From: a bacterium
GTDB taxonomy: Bacteria > Arandabacterota > Arandabacteria > Arandabacterales > Arandabacteraceae
Assembly: GCA_025774845.1 (NCBI GenBank)
Contig: JALGZP010000003.1
Coordinates: forward strand, 552 to 64,551
Length of the DNA stretch: 64,000 bases
Reading direction: 5' to 3'
In this document: positions 26,241-34,641 of the stretch, piece by piece
Layout: each line of letters starts with the position of its first letter
Numbering within the stretch: the first letter of the stretch is position 1
The notes under the pieces: generated by a model
The model's database searches: none
What the model was told of the DNA's origin: nothing
Seen by the model: only the letters and a program-made list of their open reading frames with translations
Position numbers and translations under genes: made by a program

Positions 26241-26567
26241 TCATGTGCGCAGATGGGTACCAAACTCCTCGGCGCGCGCTTTGCTTGATTCCAGTATTCT
26301 CCGGATCACCCGGAGTACTTCCCTTATGTTGAAAGGTTTGCGTAGGAACTCAAATCCCTTTTCGCATGTTATGACCCACTGTGCTTCCTCACCCATGTAG
26401 CCGCTGGTCAAGAGCACCGGGAGCTCGGGCTTCAGGGCGAGCAGCCGGTCTGCCAGCCTGATCCCGTCTTCATCCGGCAGTACAACATCGCTGAAAAGAA
26501 GGTGGATGCAGCGACAGCTATCCCGACTATGATGAGCTTGTGCTCTTCTTTCATGACGACCTCCAAA
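26241..26567 (-). pseudogene. Decayed response-regulator receiver domain (N-terminally truncated and frameshifted)
   Basis: An open minus-strand frame (TTG 26567 or ATG 26555 to the stop at 26243-26241, about 104-108 codons) is NOT in the supplied ORF track. Its C-terminal part reads RLADRLLALKPELPVLLTSGYMGEE...GFEFLRKPFNIREVLRVIRRIL, which matches receiver alpha3 to alpha5. The preceding receiver segment IHLLFSDVVLPDEDGI lies in a different frame (26511-26461). The frames join at GGGATCCAGG near 26460, implying a 1-nt indel. No beta1/DD acidic pocket is found upstream in any frame. Confidence 0.6.
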
Positions 26568-26631
26568 CCTATTTATCGACAGGAAGCACAGTCATGGAAT
26601 GACCGTGTGAATATCTACGAACGGAGGAAAG

Positions 26632-26856
26632 TTATCCCGGTTCGCTGGTCACAATGATATCACCCGTGGGAAGGAGGCCCTCGGGGACTTCCTGGCCCGA
26701 AATCGCCTTCTTGTAGCGACCGCAATCCTGATATATGGTGCGGCAGAAGGCCCAGGCCAGATATTCCGTCTCCTCATCAGCCATGATTGTGCAGAACATA
26801 GAGCATGTTTCAAGATAAGGACAGGCCATGTTTATTGTATCGGCACCGGCAACCAT
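26632..26856 (-). CDS. Small Cys-rich hypothetical protein
   Basis: 74-aa ORF, or 65 aa from the internal MACPYLETCSMFC. Five Cys residues (CPYLETC...FC...FC...DC). It sits immediately upstream of the receiver remnant on the same strand. No family recognised. Confidence 0.4.
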   Translation of the reverse strand: MVAGADTINMACPYLETCSMFCTIMADEETEYLAWAFCRTIYQDCGRYKKAISGQEVPEGLLPTGDIIVTSEPG

Positions 26857-26945
26857 TAGCCTTAGGCATCAGAGCAACCGAATTTGACGAATAGTAGATT
26901 GTACCGGAAGAGTGCCGATGAAACCGTTTTCACGAAACAAATCAG

Positions 26946-26974
26946 TTGACACATTCGGCCTCCCTCATTATCTT
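26946..26974 (+). promoter_or_regulatory. Putative promoter of the recombinase gene
   Basis: TTGACA (26946-26951), 17-nt spacer, TATCTT (26969-26974). Downstream are SD AAAGGAG and the ATG at 27035. Confidence 0.4.
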
Positions 26975-27034
26975 AACGTTACTTTTGGGACGCATGTCAA
27001 TGAAGGCACAAGACGATATGAAAGGAGCATCGAC

Positions 27035-27904
27035 ATGCCGGCAGCTAAGCACTCCCCTGCTATTGGTGATTTGATCAAGAAGTACAAGCAGGAGTTGATC
27101 TCACGAGACTACAGTGCAAGAACAGCAGAAGTCTATGCAACATCCGTATCCTCCTTCCTCAGGAATGTGACCGATCCCGCGTCTCCGACAGAGGAAGATG
27201 CGAATAACTACATCAAGGGAATCCTCGACGGCACCACCAAGGGCGGGGCCTCCCAGTCCTCGGTGGGTATCGCGGCGAGTGCGATCAAGCTCCTTTTCAA
27301 GCACACGCTCGGGACACCTTTGAACCTTTCAGTTGAACTCAAGCGGCGTGCCCGGCCAATGCCGACCATACTTGCCAGAGATGAGATCCAGAAGGTCGTC
27401 GGCGTTACAAGGAATGTCAGCCATCGCCTTATCTTCCAGCTGATGTACTCGTCGGGACTCAAGCTGGATGAGTTGCTTGGTCTCAAGGTCAAGGACGTTG
27501 ACATCGACGGCAAGAACCTGGTAATCCGTGGTAATTCCACCAGCGGAAGAAAGGCCAAGCAGACCAGAACAACCATAATGTCGGAGAAGGTCGCTCCGAT
27601 GCTCCATGCATTCATAGTTGACAGAGAGACGGAAGCTTATGTCTTCCCGGGCATAGATGGCGGACATATGACTCCAAGGGCGGTCCAGAAAGCCTTCAAA
27701 CACGCTCTCCAGAAGGCGGGTGTCAACAAGAAGGCCAGCTGTAATTCCCTGCGACACTCCTTTGCAGTACACCTGCTTGAAAAGGGAGTGGATATCAAGC
27801 ATGTCCGCAGGCTACTCGGGCACGCGCGAACAGAGACTACATCGATATACAAGAGACTGATATCCGATGATACGATAGACATAAAGAGCCCGCTGGACGC
27901 ATAG
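27035..27904 (+). CDS. Tyrosine-type site-specific recombinase/integrase (XerC/D-like)
   Basis: N-terminal SAM-like core-binding domain (YSARTAEVYATSVSSFL). C-terminal catalytic box SLRHSFAVHLLEKGVDIKHVRRLLGHARTETTSIY, giving the R..HxxR..H..Y residues. I prefer ATG 27035 with a good SD; the track ORF starts at 26912. Confidence 0.9.
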   Translation: MPAAKHSPAIGDLIKKYKQELISRDYSARTAEVYATSVSSFLRNVTDPASPTEEDANNYIKGILDGTTKGGASQSSVGIAASAIKLLFKHTLGTPLNLSVELKRRARPMPTILARDEIQKVVGVTRNVSHRLIFQLMYSSGLKLDELLGLKVKDVDIDGKNLVIRGNSTSGRKAKQTRTTIMSEKVAPMLHAFIVDRETEAYVFPGIDGGHMTPRAVQKAFKHALQKAGVNKKASCNSLRHSFAVHLLEKGVDIKHVRRLLGHARTETTSIYKRLISDDTIDIKSPLDA

Positions 27905-27929
27905 GCGTTGCATTTCACGGAGGGATAGA

Positions 27930-28403
27930 ATGGGTACGTTCAAGGCAAGTGAGGTTCTTCGGGTTGCAATGAAGATCGAGGAGAATGGCGAGCGGCTTTA
28001 CCGCCACGCTACGACCCTGGCCGGTGATGCGGAGACCAAAGACTTTTTTGGTTTTCTTGCCGATGAGGAGACGAAACACAAGAAGACATTTGAGGCTATG
28101 CTCTCCAAAGCCGAGCACTATCAGCCGCCTGAGACCTATCCGGGTGAGCACCTTGTCTACCTCCGTGCTTATGCAGATAACATCATCTTTTCGCCTGAAA
28201 AGGTAGAGAAGGAGATAGCCGGCCTCACCGACGTGGACGGCGCGCTTGAATTCGGAATCCAGAGGGAGATCGAGTCCATTCTCTATTATCTCGAGACCCG
28301 GAACCTGGTACCCGAAAGCCAGCGTGAGCAGATTGACAAGATTATAGACGAGGAGCGCAGGCACTACCTCAGGCTCGTCGATGTCAGGAAGAACCTAACT
28401 TAG
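27930..28403 (+). CDS. Ferritin-like diiron protein (rubrerythrin family), second copy
   Basis: 157 aa with ligand pattern E (KIEENGE), ExxH (DEETKHKK), E (QREIESI), ExxH (DEERRHY). A distant paralog of the gene at 5973..6425. Confidence 0.7.
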   Translation: MGTFKASEVLRVAMKIEENGERLYRHATTLAGDAETKDFFGFLADEETKHKKTFEAMLSKAEHYQPPETYPGEHLVYLRAYADNIIFSPEKVEKEIAGLTDVDGALEFGIQREIESILYYLETRNLVPESQREQIDKIIDEERRHYLRLVDVRKNLT

Positions 28404-28431
28404 AGATCTGCCTACAATCGAGTCCTCGCAT

Positions 28432-29190
28432 ATGGGCGTTTTCGAGAAATTCGCACATATCTACTCAGACGGCGACTACGGTGATTTCAGCCGGCGGATG
28501 GCCGATCTTCTGCCCGCAGCCCTCAGGCAGATCGGTTTTGAGCCCCGGACACTTCTCGATCTTGCTTGCGGTGACGGTTCCTTTGCCGTCGCCATGGCGG
28601 CGGATAAACTGAAGGTGACCGGGCTTGACGTATCACCCCATATGCTCGAATTCGCGAGGAGGAAAGCCAGGAAGGCCGATGCCGGTGTCGAGTTTGTGCT
28701 TGGCGATATGCGCACCCTCACATTTGAAGCGCAATTCGATCTCGTCACCTGCTGGTTCGATAGCCTGAACTATCTGACCGAACCCGAAGACCTCAAGGCG
28801 ACCTTTATTGGTGTATCACTTGCACTCCGGCCGGGAGGACTCTTTGTTTTCGACATGAATACGATCTACGGTCTTGCTGTCAACTGGCCGAAATCGCCAT
28901 GCTACCTGCAGCAGGATACCGATCGTATCTTCGAGGTTCACCTGCCCGCATTCGACCATGAAACAGGACTCGCAAGCATGAGGATCATCGCATTCTCGAA
29001 TCACGGGGACTCGTGGCAGCGGATAGAAGAAGAGCACGAGGAGCGCGGGTATCCACAGCAGCAGATCAGGTCATATCTCAGGGATGCCGGATTCCAGATA
29101 CTCGCATGCTGGGGGAGTTTCCGTGAAATGAGCGAGGCCAAGCCCGATAGCGGCCGCGTCTGGTATGTCGCGAAGAAAGCAGGTCAATAA
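28432..29190 (+). CDS. Class I SAM-dependent methyltransferase
   Basis: 252 aa. Motif I LLDLACGDGSFAV, an acidic loop GLDVS and motif LGDMR. Confidence 0.8.
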   Translation: MGVFEKFAHIYSDGDYGDFSRRMADLLPAALRQIGFEPRTLLDLACGDGSFAVAMAADKLKVTGLDVSPHMLEFARRKARKADAGVEFVLGDMRTLTFEAQFDLVTCWFDSLNYLTEPEDLKATFIGVSLALRPGGLFVFDMNTIYGLAVNWPKSPCYLQQDTDRIFEVHLPAFDHETGLASMRIIAFSNHGDSWQRIEEEHEERGYPQQQIRSYLRDAGFQILACWGSFREMSEAKPDSGRVWYVAKKAGQ

Positions 29191-29193
29191 CGC

Positions 29194-30582
29194 ATGAAAA
29201 ACCGGGCCAGTCTCAACTCGATCGTGGTGCTTGCAGTTCTTTTCGCTGCCGGCGCACTCCACTGGATGCTGTTTCTTCACAGCGGGAACATGACCTTTCA
29301 GCCGCACGATTGGGGGAAGGAGTACATATACTACTCCCTGTTTAAGCAGGCCCTGACCACGGGTGAGATACCTTACCACATCTCGCTTGCTTTTCACGAT
29401 ACGCCCAGGTTCCTGGCACTACCCGAAACCAACCTGTCCCCCCAGATCCTCTTGCTTCCACTGATGGGTATCGGACAATTCATACTGGTCAATACTCTGC
29501 TCCTCTATGCGATCGGGTTTGTCGGCTGCCTCCTGATCCGGCAACGCTACCGGCTGTCCCTTATACCGTTTTCCATTCTCTTCCTGCTCTTCAATTTCAA
29601 CGGTCACATCACGGCACACATCGGTGTCGGTCACTCCATGTGGGCGGGTTACTTCCTGCTGCCCTTCTTCTTCCTGTTCGTTCTCGAGCTGACCGGTGGA
29701 AACATCAGACGTCCCACCCCGATCAAGATTGCCTTCGTACTATTCGCAATTCTGCTCCAGGGAGGGTTCCATATATTTGTGTGGTGCATGACGTTTTTGA
29801 TATTGCTTCTGGCCTTCAACTGGCGGTACTTCAAACCCATTCTCACTTCGATCCTTCTCACACTTCTTATGTCGGCATTCAGACTGATACCTGCGACCCT
29901 GGCCCTCGCGGGTAAGAAAGAGAAGTTCATATGGTCCTATCCCACCGTGCGTGACGCACTGGACGCGATCATCACCATAAGACAGCAGGCACCCGATCGT
30001 CTGCGGCCGTGGGGGACGGCCGGGTGGTGGGAATTAGACATCTACATCGGTATCATCGGGCTGGCTCTCGTCGTCTACTTCGGTATCTATCTCCGCTTCA
30101 GCAAGCGAGAGGATCTTGAGGACACCAAGCACAAGCCTCTGGATCTCCCGGTCTTCATCATGGCGCTATTCTCGGTAAGCTACTTCCATGCGTTTCTCAC
30201 CAGGCTCCCGATTCCTCTGCTGAGCGCGGAGCGTGTTGCGACCAGATTCATCATAATCCCGATTCTCATGCTTGTGTTTCTCGCAGTGATACGCATGGAA
30301 AGGGTTTTGACCAACCTCAAGCAGACATTCACCTATAGATTCATCGCAGTGGGAACGATTCTCATAATGGCGCTGGGATTCGTCGACCATTCTTTTCTGT
30401 GGTCGGTAACGCGGCTTGAGCGGATCTATCAGAACCGGGTGGTTGATCTTACGATCCCCGACGTCATCAGCCGGCAGGATCCCCTGTATAAGAACCTTCT
30501 TTGGGTATCTGCAGCGATTTCGATCGCCGGAATCGCCCTGTCACTTTACCTCGCCATCAGGCGCCGCACCGACAGGATCTAA
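29194..30582 (+). CDS. Polytopic membrane protein of unknown function (possibly GT-C-like)
   Basis: 462 aa with at least 10 hydrophobic segments. It starts 4 nt after the methyltransferase stop. No diagnostic motif recognised. Its 3' end overlaps the convergent regulator gene by 42 nt. Confidence 0.55.
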   Translation: MKNRASLNSIVVLAVLFAAGALHWMLFLHSGNMTFQPHDWGKEYIYYSLFKQALTTGEIPYHISLAFHDTPRFLALPETNLSPQILLLPLMGIGQFILVNTLLLYAIGFVGCLLIRQRYRLSLIPFSILFLLFNFNGHITAHIGVGHSMWAGYFLLPFFFLFVLELTGGNIRRPTPIKIAFVLFAILLQGGFHIFVWCMTFLILLLAFNWRYFKPILTSILLTLLMSAFRLIPATLALAGKKEKFIWSYPTVRDALDAIITIRQQAPDRLRPWGTAGWWELDIYIGIIGLALVVYFGIYLRFSKREDLEDTKHKPLDLPVFIMALFSVSYFHAFLTRLPIPLLSAERVATRFIIIPILMLVFLAVIRMERVLTNLKQTFTYRFIAVGTILIMALGFVDHSFLWSVTRLERIYQNRVVDLTIPDVISRQDPLYKNLLWVSAAISIAGIALSLYLAIRRRTDRI

Positions 30583-31251
30583 CTCCTCGATCACCGTTTC
30601 TGATGCCTTGTCGATATCAATGATCCTTGAACCCTTGATGTACTGACGCGTCTCGTACCTGGTAATCGACTGCAGCTTGCGGGTGATTTCTACCATACTC
30701 TCGACCGCTTCCTGGATCCTGGCTATCTGGGCCCGCAGCTGGCTCCCCTTTCCAACCTGTTTGAGAAGGAGCTCCGAATACCCGGAAACCACCTGCATAG
30801 GCTGGTTGAGTTCGTGGCACGTCGCCCCGGCCATTTCAAGGGCGCCACGCAGCTTCTCGCGCTGCACCAACTTTGTCTGCATTTCAAGGATACGTCTACC
30901 CGCGCGTAGCCGGACCTTGAGTTCGTTAGGATTGAACGGCTTTGTGACATAGTCGTCCGCCCCGGCCCCGATTCCTTCTATGATGTCCTTCTTCCGGTCC
31001 CTGGCGGTCAGGAGAATCATGTAGATGTACGCTTGACGTTTCTGTTTTCTGACTTCCCTGCACAGGTCGACTCCGTCGATACCCGGCATCATCCAGTTCA
31101 GTATGGCCAGATTCGGGGCGTTCCTCGTGTGTAACTCCTTCCATGCTTCCGCCCCGTTGGTACAGCTGACGACCCCATAATCCCAGGATGCGAGCTTACG
31201 TTCCAGGAGCCTGCGGGATACACGGTCGTCGTCGGCAATCAGAACTCTCAT
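30541..31251 (-). CDS. Atypical response regulator: receiver with Asn at the phospho-acceptor position plus a DHp (HisKA-like) domain, no ATPase domain
   Basis: 236 aa. Receiver motifs are present (IADDD, TARD, DDYVTKPF), but the acceptor position reads LAILNWMMPGIDG, with codon AAC at 31098-31096. The C-terminal half carries an H-box-like CHELNQPMQVVSGYSELL. Confidence 0.8.
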   Translation of the reverse strand: MRVLIADDDRVSRRLLERKLASWDYGVVSCTNGAEAWKELHTRNAPNLAILNWMMPGIDGVDLCREVRKQKRQAYIYMILLTARDRKKDIIEGIGAGADDYVTKPFNPNELKVRLRAGRRILEMQTKLVQREKLRGALEMAGATCHELNQPMQVVSGYSELLLKQVGKGSQLRAQIARIQEAVESMVEITRKLQSITRYETRQYIKGSRIIDIDKASETVIEELDPVGAAPDGEVK

Positions 31252-34200
31252 CGTGATTCCCTCCCCAGAGCAGCAAGTGCCGGCTTCAACCGTTCAATTT
31301 CTCGCTCCAATGTTTTGAATGCCTCTACGGCGTGGTTCATGTCACCGTCACGCCCCAGGTTTTCGAGCTTCTGGGCCGCGTCGAATGCCGGCTTGGCGGC
31401 GAAGTTGCCGACCGAGCCCTTGATGGTATGGGCTGCTCGTTCCAGTTTCTTACAGTCACCCTCTGCTGTCGCCTGCCGCATCCGGTCCATCAGCACGGGG
31501 CTCTCTTCGAGAAACATCTCGGCGATCTCCTTGAGCAGATCGACATCACCTTCCATTTGCTTCACCGCGTCCTCCCAGCTTATGACGTCGTCAGACTGCC
31601 CTTCCACCCCCGATGGGACCCCTTGCTCGTCCTTTGTACCGGAGACAGTGCTCTCGATTGTCTCGATCATCTCCCCCGCCCGTATGGGTTTAGAGACATA
31701 CCTGTCCATTCCTGCTTCCAGACAGCGCTCGCGGTCACCCTTCATCGCATGAGCGGTCATGGCCACAATCGGTATATGAGTTCCTGTGGCCCTCTCCTTT
31801 TCCCGGATCGCAGACGTCGCCTCGAAACCGTCCATGCCGGGCATCTGGATGTCCATCAGGATCAGGTCAAACGTGTCCGCATCATAGACCTCGAGTGCTT
31901 CTTTGCCGTTAGCCGCGCTCACCGTCGTGTGCCCGCGTTTCTCAAGCAGCCTGACTACCAGCTTCAGGTTAACCGGGCTGTCTTCCACAACAAGTATCTT
32001 GAGGCTGCGTCTTGTCTCACGTAGTGAGTGTTGTGTGATGAGATCGGCTGGCTTACCGTCCGATGGTGTCCTGCCAAGAACAAGCATAATCGCCTCCCAT
32101 AGATCGGATTTCTTGACGGGCTTTACCAGGTAACCTGAGATACCAAGTTCCCTGCACCGGGCCCCGTCGCCGACTCGGCCGGCGGATGTCAACATGATGG
32201 TTTTGAGCTGTGGAAGGTCGGTACGCTTCTTGATGCGTTCGACAAGCCCGAACCCATCCATCTCAGGCATGCGGGCATCTATGATCGCGAGGGCGAACGC
32301 GTGCCCGGCCCCTTTGGCCTGGTCCAACGCCTCAAGTGCGGCATCTCCGCTGCTCTTGACTGTCGGAACCATGCCCCAGTCAATTGTAAGTGCACGAAGG
32401 AGTGACCTGCTTGTTGCGTTATCGTCGGCGATCAAAACCGGCAAACCGGTAAGCTCAATGTGTCCCTGCTCTGAAACCGGGCATGCTGGAACTCTCTGAA
32501 CGGGAAACTCAATCGTAAAGTGGAAAGTACTGCCCTTGTCTACCTCGCTGTCGACACCGATCTCTCCACCCATCATATGGACGAAGCGCTTAACAATTGC
32601 CAGGCCCAGTCCCGTTCCGCCGTACTTACGCGTTGTCGATCCGTCGACTTGCGTGAACCTGTCGAAGATCACCGCCTTTTGATCGTCCGGAATGCCTATC
32701 CCGGTGTCCTTGACCTCAAAACAGATCGTGCCGGTGTTGGAAGTCTCACTGACCAGTCGCGCCCGGACGGTGACGTCGCCCCGTTCCGTAAACTTGAGTG
32801 CGTTCCCCGCCAGGTTGATCAGCATCTGGCGTAACCTTCCGGGGTCCCCACGAAGCCGCGTCGGGACCTCAGGATCGACGAAGCAGGTAAGTTCTATACC
32901 CTTTTCTGAGGCTTTCTGACCCAGGACGTCACCGATGCCTTCGACGACGCTGAGCAAGTCGAAATCGATTGACTCGATTTCCATCTTGCCCGCTTCGATC
33001 TTCGAGAAATCAAGGATGTCATTTATGAGACCGAGCAGTGCCGTACCGCTGCTATAGATCGTGGTCGCGAAGTCCTTGTGCTCATTTCGAAGAGCCGGAT
33101 CATCGACAAGGAGCTGCGAGAAACCGAGTATGCCGTTGAGCGGCGTGCGTATTTCGTGGCTCATCATCGCAAGGAATTCGCTCTTGGCTTTGCTGGCGGA
33201 TTTCGCCTTGGCGGCCATATCCCTCGCGAAGATATTTGCTTCTTCCAATTGCTTATTGCTCTCGCGCAATTTGAGATTCGCCCGCTCCGCTGTTTCCTTG
33301 GCCCGCTGGGTCTCAAGTTCGGCGCGCTTACGCCGGGTTATGTCCTGCGCGACACAGACCAGACCCTCGAACTTGCCATCCTCATCACGCATGACGGAAC
33401 TCGAGAACAACATGGGTACCCTGGTGCCATGCTTTGCACAGTAGACCTTCTCCATATCGGAGACATGCTCGTCCTTGATCAGCATCTCCGTCATCGAGTT
33501 ATCCCCAGTTGTGCTTCCGACCAGCAGGCCGAATTGTTGTCCTACGAGCTCGGCTTCCTCATACCCCAGGAGCTTCTGTGCCGCCTGGTTCACTTTTCTT
33601 ATCGTCCCATCCTTTGCAACGATGATGAGAGTATCGTTCATGGAGCGGATGATGTTCTCGACAAAACCCTTGGAAACCGTCGTATTGATCAAGCCCTCGG
33701 TCATCTCGTTAAACGAGATCACGAGATCGTCGACCTCGTCACGTGCCGACGGGGGCGCCTCCAGCTTCTGCTCGAAGTCGCCCTTGGCCACGCGTGATGC
33801 GAAACTGGAGAGTGACCGGATCGGTGCAACGATTCTTCCCATCACAACAGTCAGGAATCCAAGGAGCGCAAGCATGGCACCCACGCTTATAATCAGGGCC
33901 TTGAGCCACTGCGCCTGAGCCTGCCGGGCCGCACCGGAAAGTGACTGGGCCACGTCCCTGGCACGAACGACAACCAGATAGTTGAGATCTGTCAGCAGTT
34001 TCGTCTTCATTGCAGCCACAACACGTGCCCGGTCCGCAACGTCTGCATCCTGCCGCGGCTCGACTGTGTGAACTTCGCTGTATTCTCTCATCAAGAGATA
34101 GGCGTGCTGGTGCGCGGCATTGTAGTACGTGATGAAGTCATCGAATATGCGGCGAAGCTCAGGGGACTCTGATTCCGGCATCATCCTCACGAGCTTTTCT

Positions 34201-34583
34201 GCATGCAGAAGGAACTGTTCTTTTGTCTTCCTCGCGTCCTCCAGAGCGGCCGTGTCACCTGTCAGAGCTGCCTCTTCAAACAGCCTCGAGACTTCCTTGA
34301 ATGACTCAGTCAAATGAAGTACCTCGGCATGCTGTTGAAGGGTCAGAAACTCAACCTGGTTGAGGTCGGATGCGATCCGCCGTGACGAGTTGTAGCTGAT
34401 GAGCACCACGATCGCCATCGCCCCGATGAACCCGGCAAGTAACAGCCTGAACTTGGCCTTGAGAGGGAAGCGGAAGTTATCCATGCGACGACCCCCAGCT
34501 GATGTTTTGAATACGGACATGGAAAATCTCATAGCATTACCACTCCTGGATATTCTGTTCCCGTACTTGTTATCTATCGGCAT
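31248..34583 (-). CDS. Hybrid sensor histidine kinase (TM-sensor, HAMP, PAS, HisKA, HATPase, 2x REC, Hpt)
   Basis: 1111 aa. HAMP region ([21 protein letters not shown]), PAS ([26 protein letters not shown]), H-box [18 protein letters not shown] boxes ([27 protein letters not shown]). Two receivers with acceptor Asp ([11 protein letters not shown] and [11 protein letters not shown]). Hpt [12 protein letters not shown]. 4-nt overlap with the downstream regulator. Confidence 0.92.
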   Translation of the reverse strand: MPIDNKYGNRISRSGNAMRFSMSVFKTSAGGRRMDNFRFPLKAKFRLLLAGFIGAMAIVVLISYNSSRRIASDLNQVEFLTLQQHAEVLHLTESFKEVSRLFEEAALTGDTAALEDARKTKEQFLLHAEKLVRMMPESESPELRRIFDDFITYYNAAHQHAYLLMREYSEVHTVEPRQDADVADRARVVAAMKTKLLTDLNYLVVVRARDVAQSLSGAARQAQAQWLKALIISVGAMLALLGFLTVVMGRIVAPIRSLSSFASRVAKGDFEQKLEAPPSARDEVDDLVISFNEMTEGLINTTVSKGFVENIIRSMNDTLIIVAKDGTIRKVNQAAQKLLGYEEAELVGQQFGLLVGSTTGDNSMTEMLIKDEHVSDMEKVYCAKHGTRVPMLFSSSVMRDEDGKFEGLVCVAQDITRRKRAELETQRAKETAERANLKLRESNKQLEEANIFARDMAAKAKSASKAKSEFLAMMSHEIRTPLNGILGFSQLLVDDPALRNEHKDFATTIYSSGTALLGLINDILDFSKIEAGKMEIESIDFDLLSVVEGIGDVLGQKASEKGIELTCFVDPEVPTRLRGDPGRLRQMLINLAGNALKFTERGDVTVRARLVSETSNTGTICFEVKDTGIGIPDDQKAVIFDRFTQVDGSTTRKYGGTGLGLAIVKRFVHMMGGEIGVDSEVDKGSTFHFTIEFPVQRVPACPVSEQGHIELTGLPVLIADDNATSRSLLRALTIDWGMVPTVKSSGDAALEALDQAKGAGHAFALAIIDARMPEMDGFGLVERIKKRTDLPQLKTIMLTSAGRVGDGARCRELGISGYLVKPVKKSDLWEAIMLVLGRTPSDGKPADLITQHSLRETRRSLKILVVEDSPVNLKLVVRLLEKRGHTTVSAANGKEALEVYDADTFDLILMDIQMPGMDGFEATSAIREKERATGTHIPIVAMTAHAMKGDRERCLEAGMDRYVSKPIRAGEMIETIESTVSGTKDEQGVPSGVEGQSDDVISWEDAVKQMEGDVDLLKEIAEMFLEESPVLMDRMRQATAEGDCKKLERAAHTIKGSVGNFAAKPAFDAAQKLENLGRDGDMNHAVEAFKTLEREIERLKPALAALGRESR

Positions 34584-34641
34584 GACTTGAGCCTCAGAAT
34601 AGCTGTTTGATTCCGTTTATGAAGAAGTGAGAAGGGGCAGG

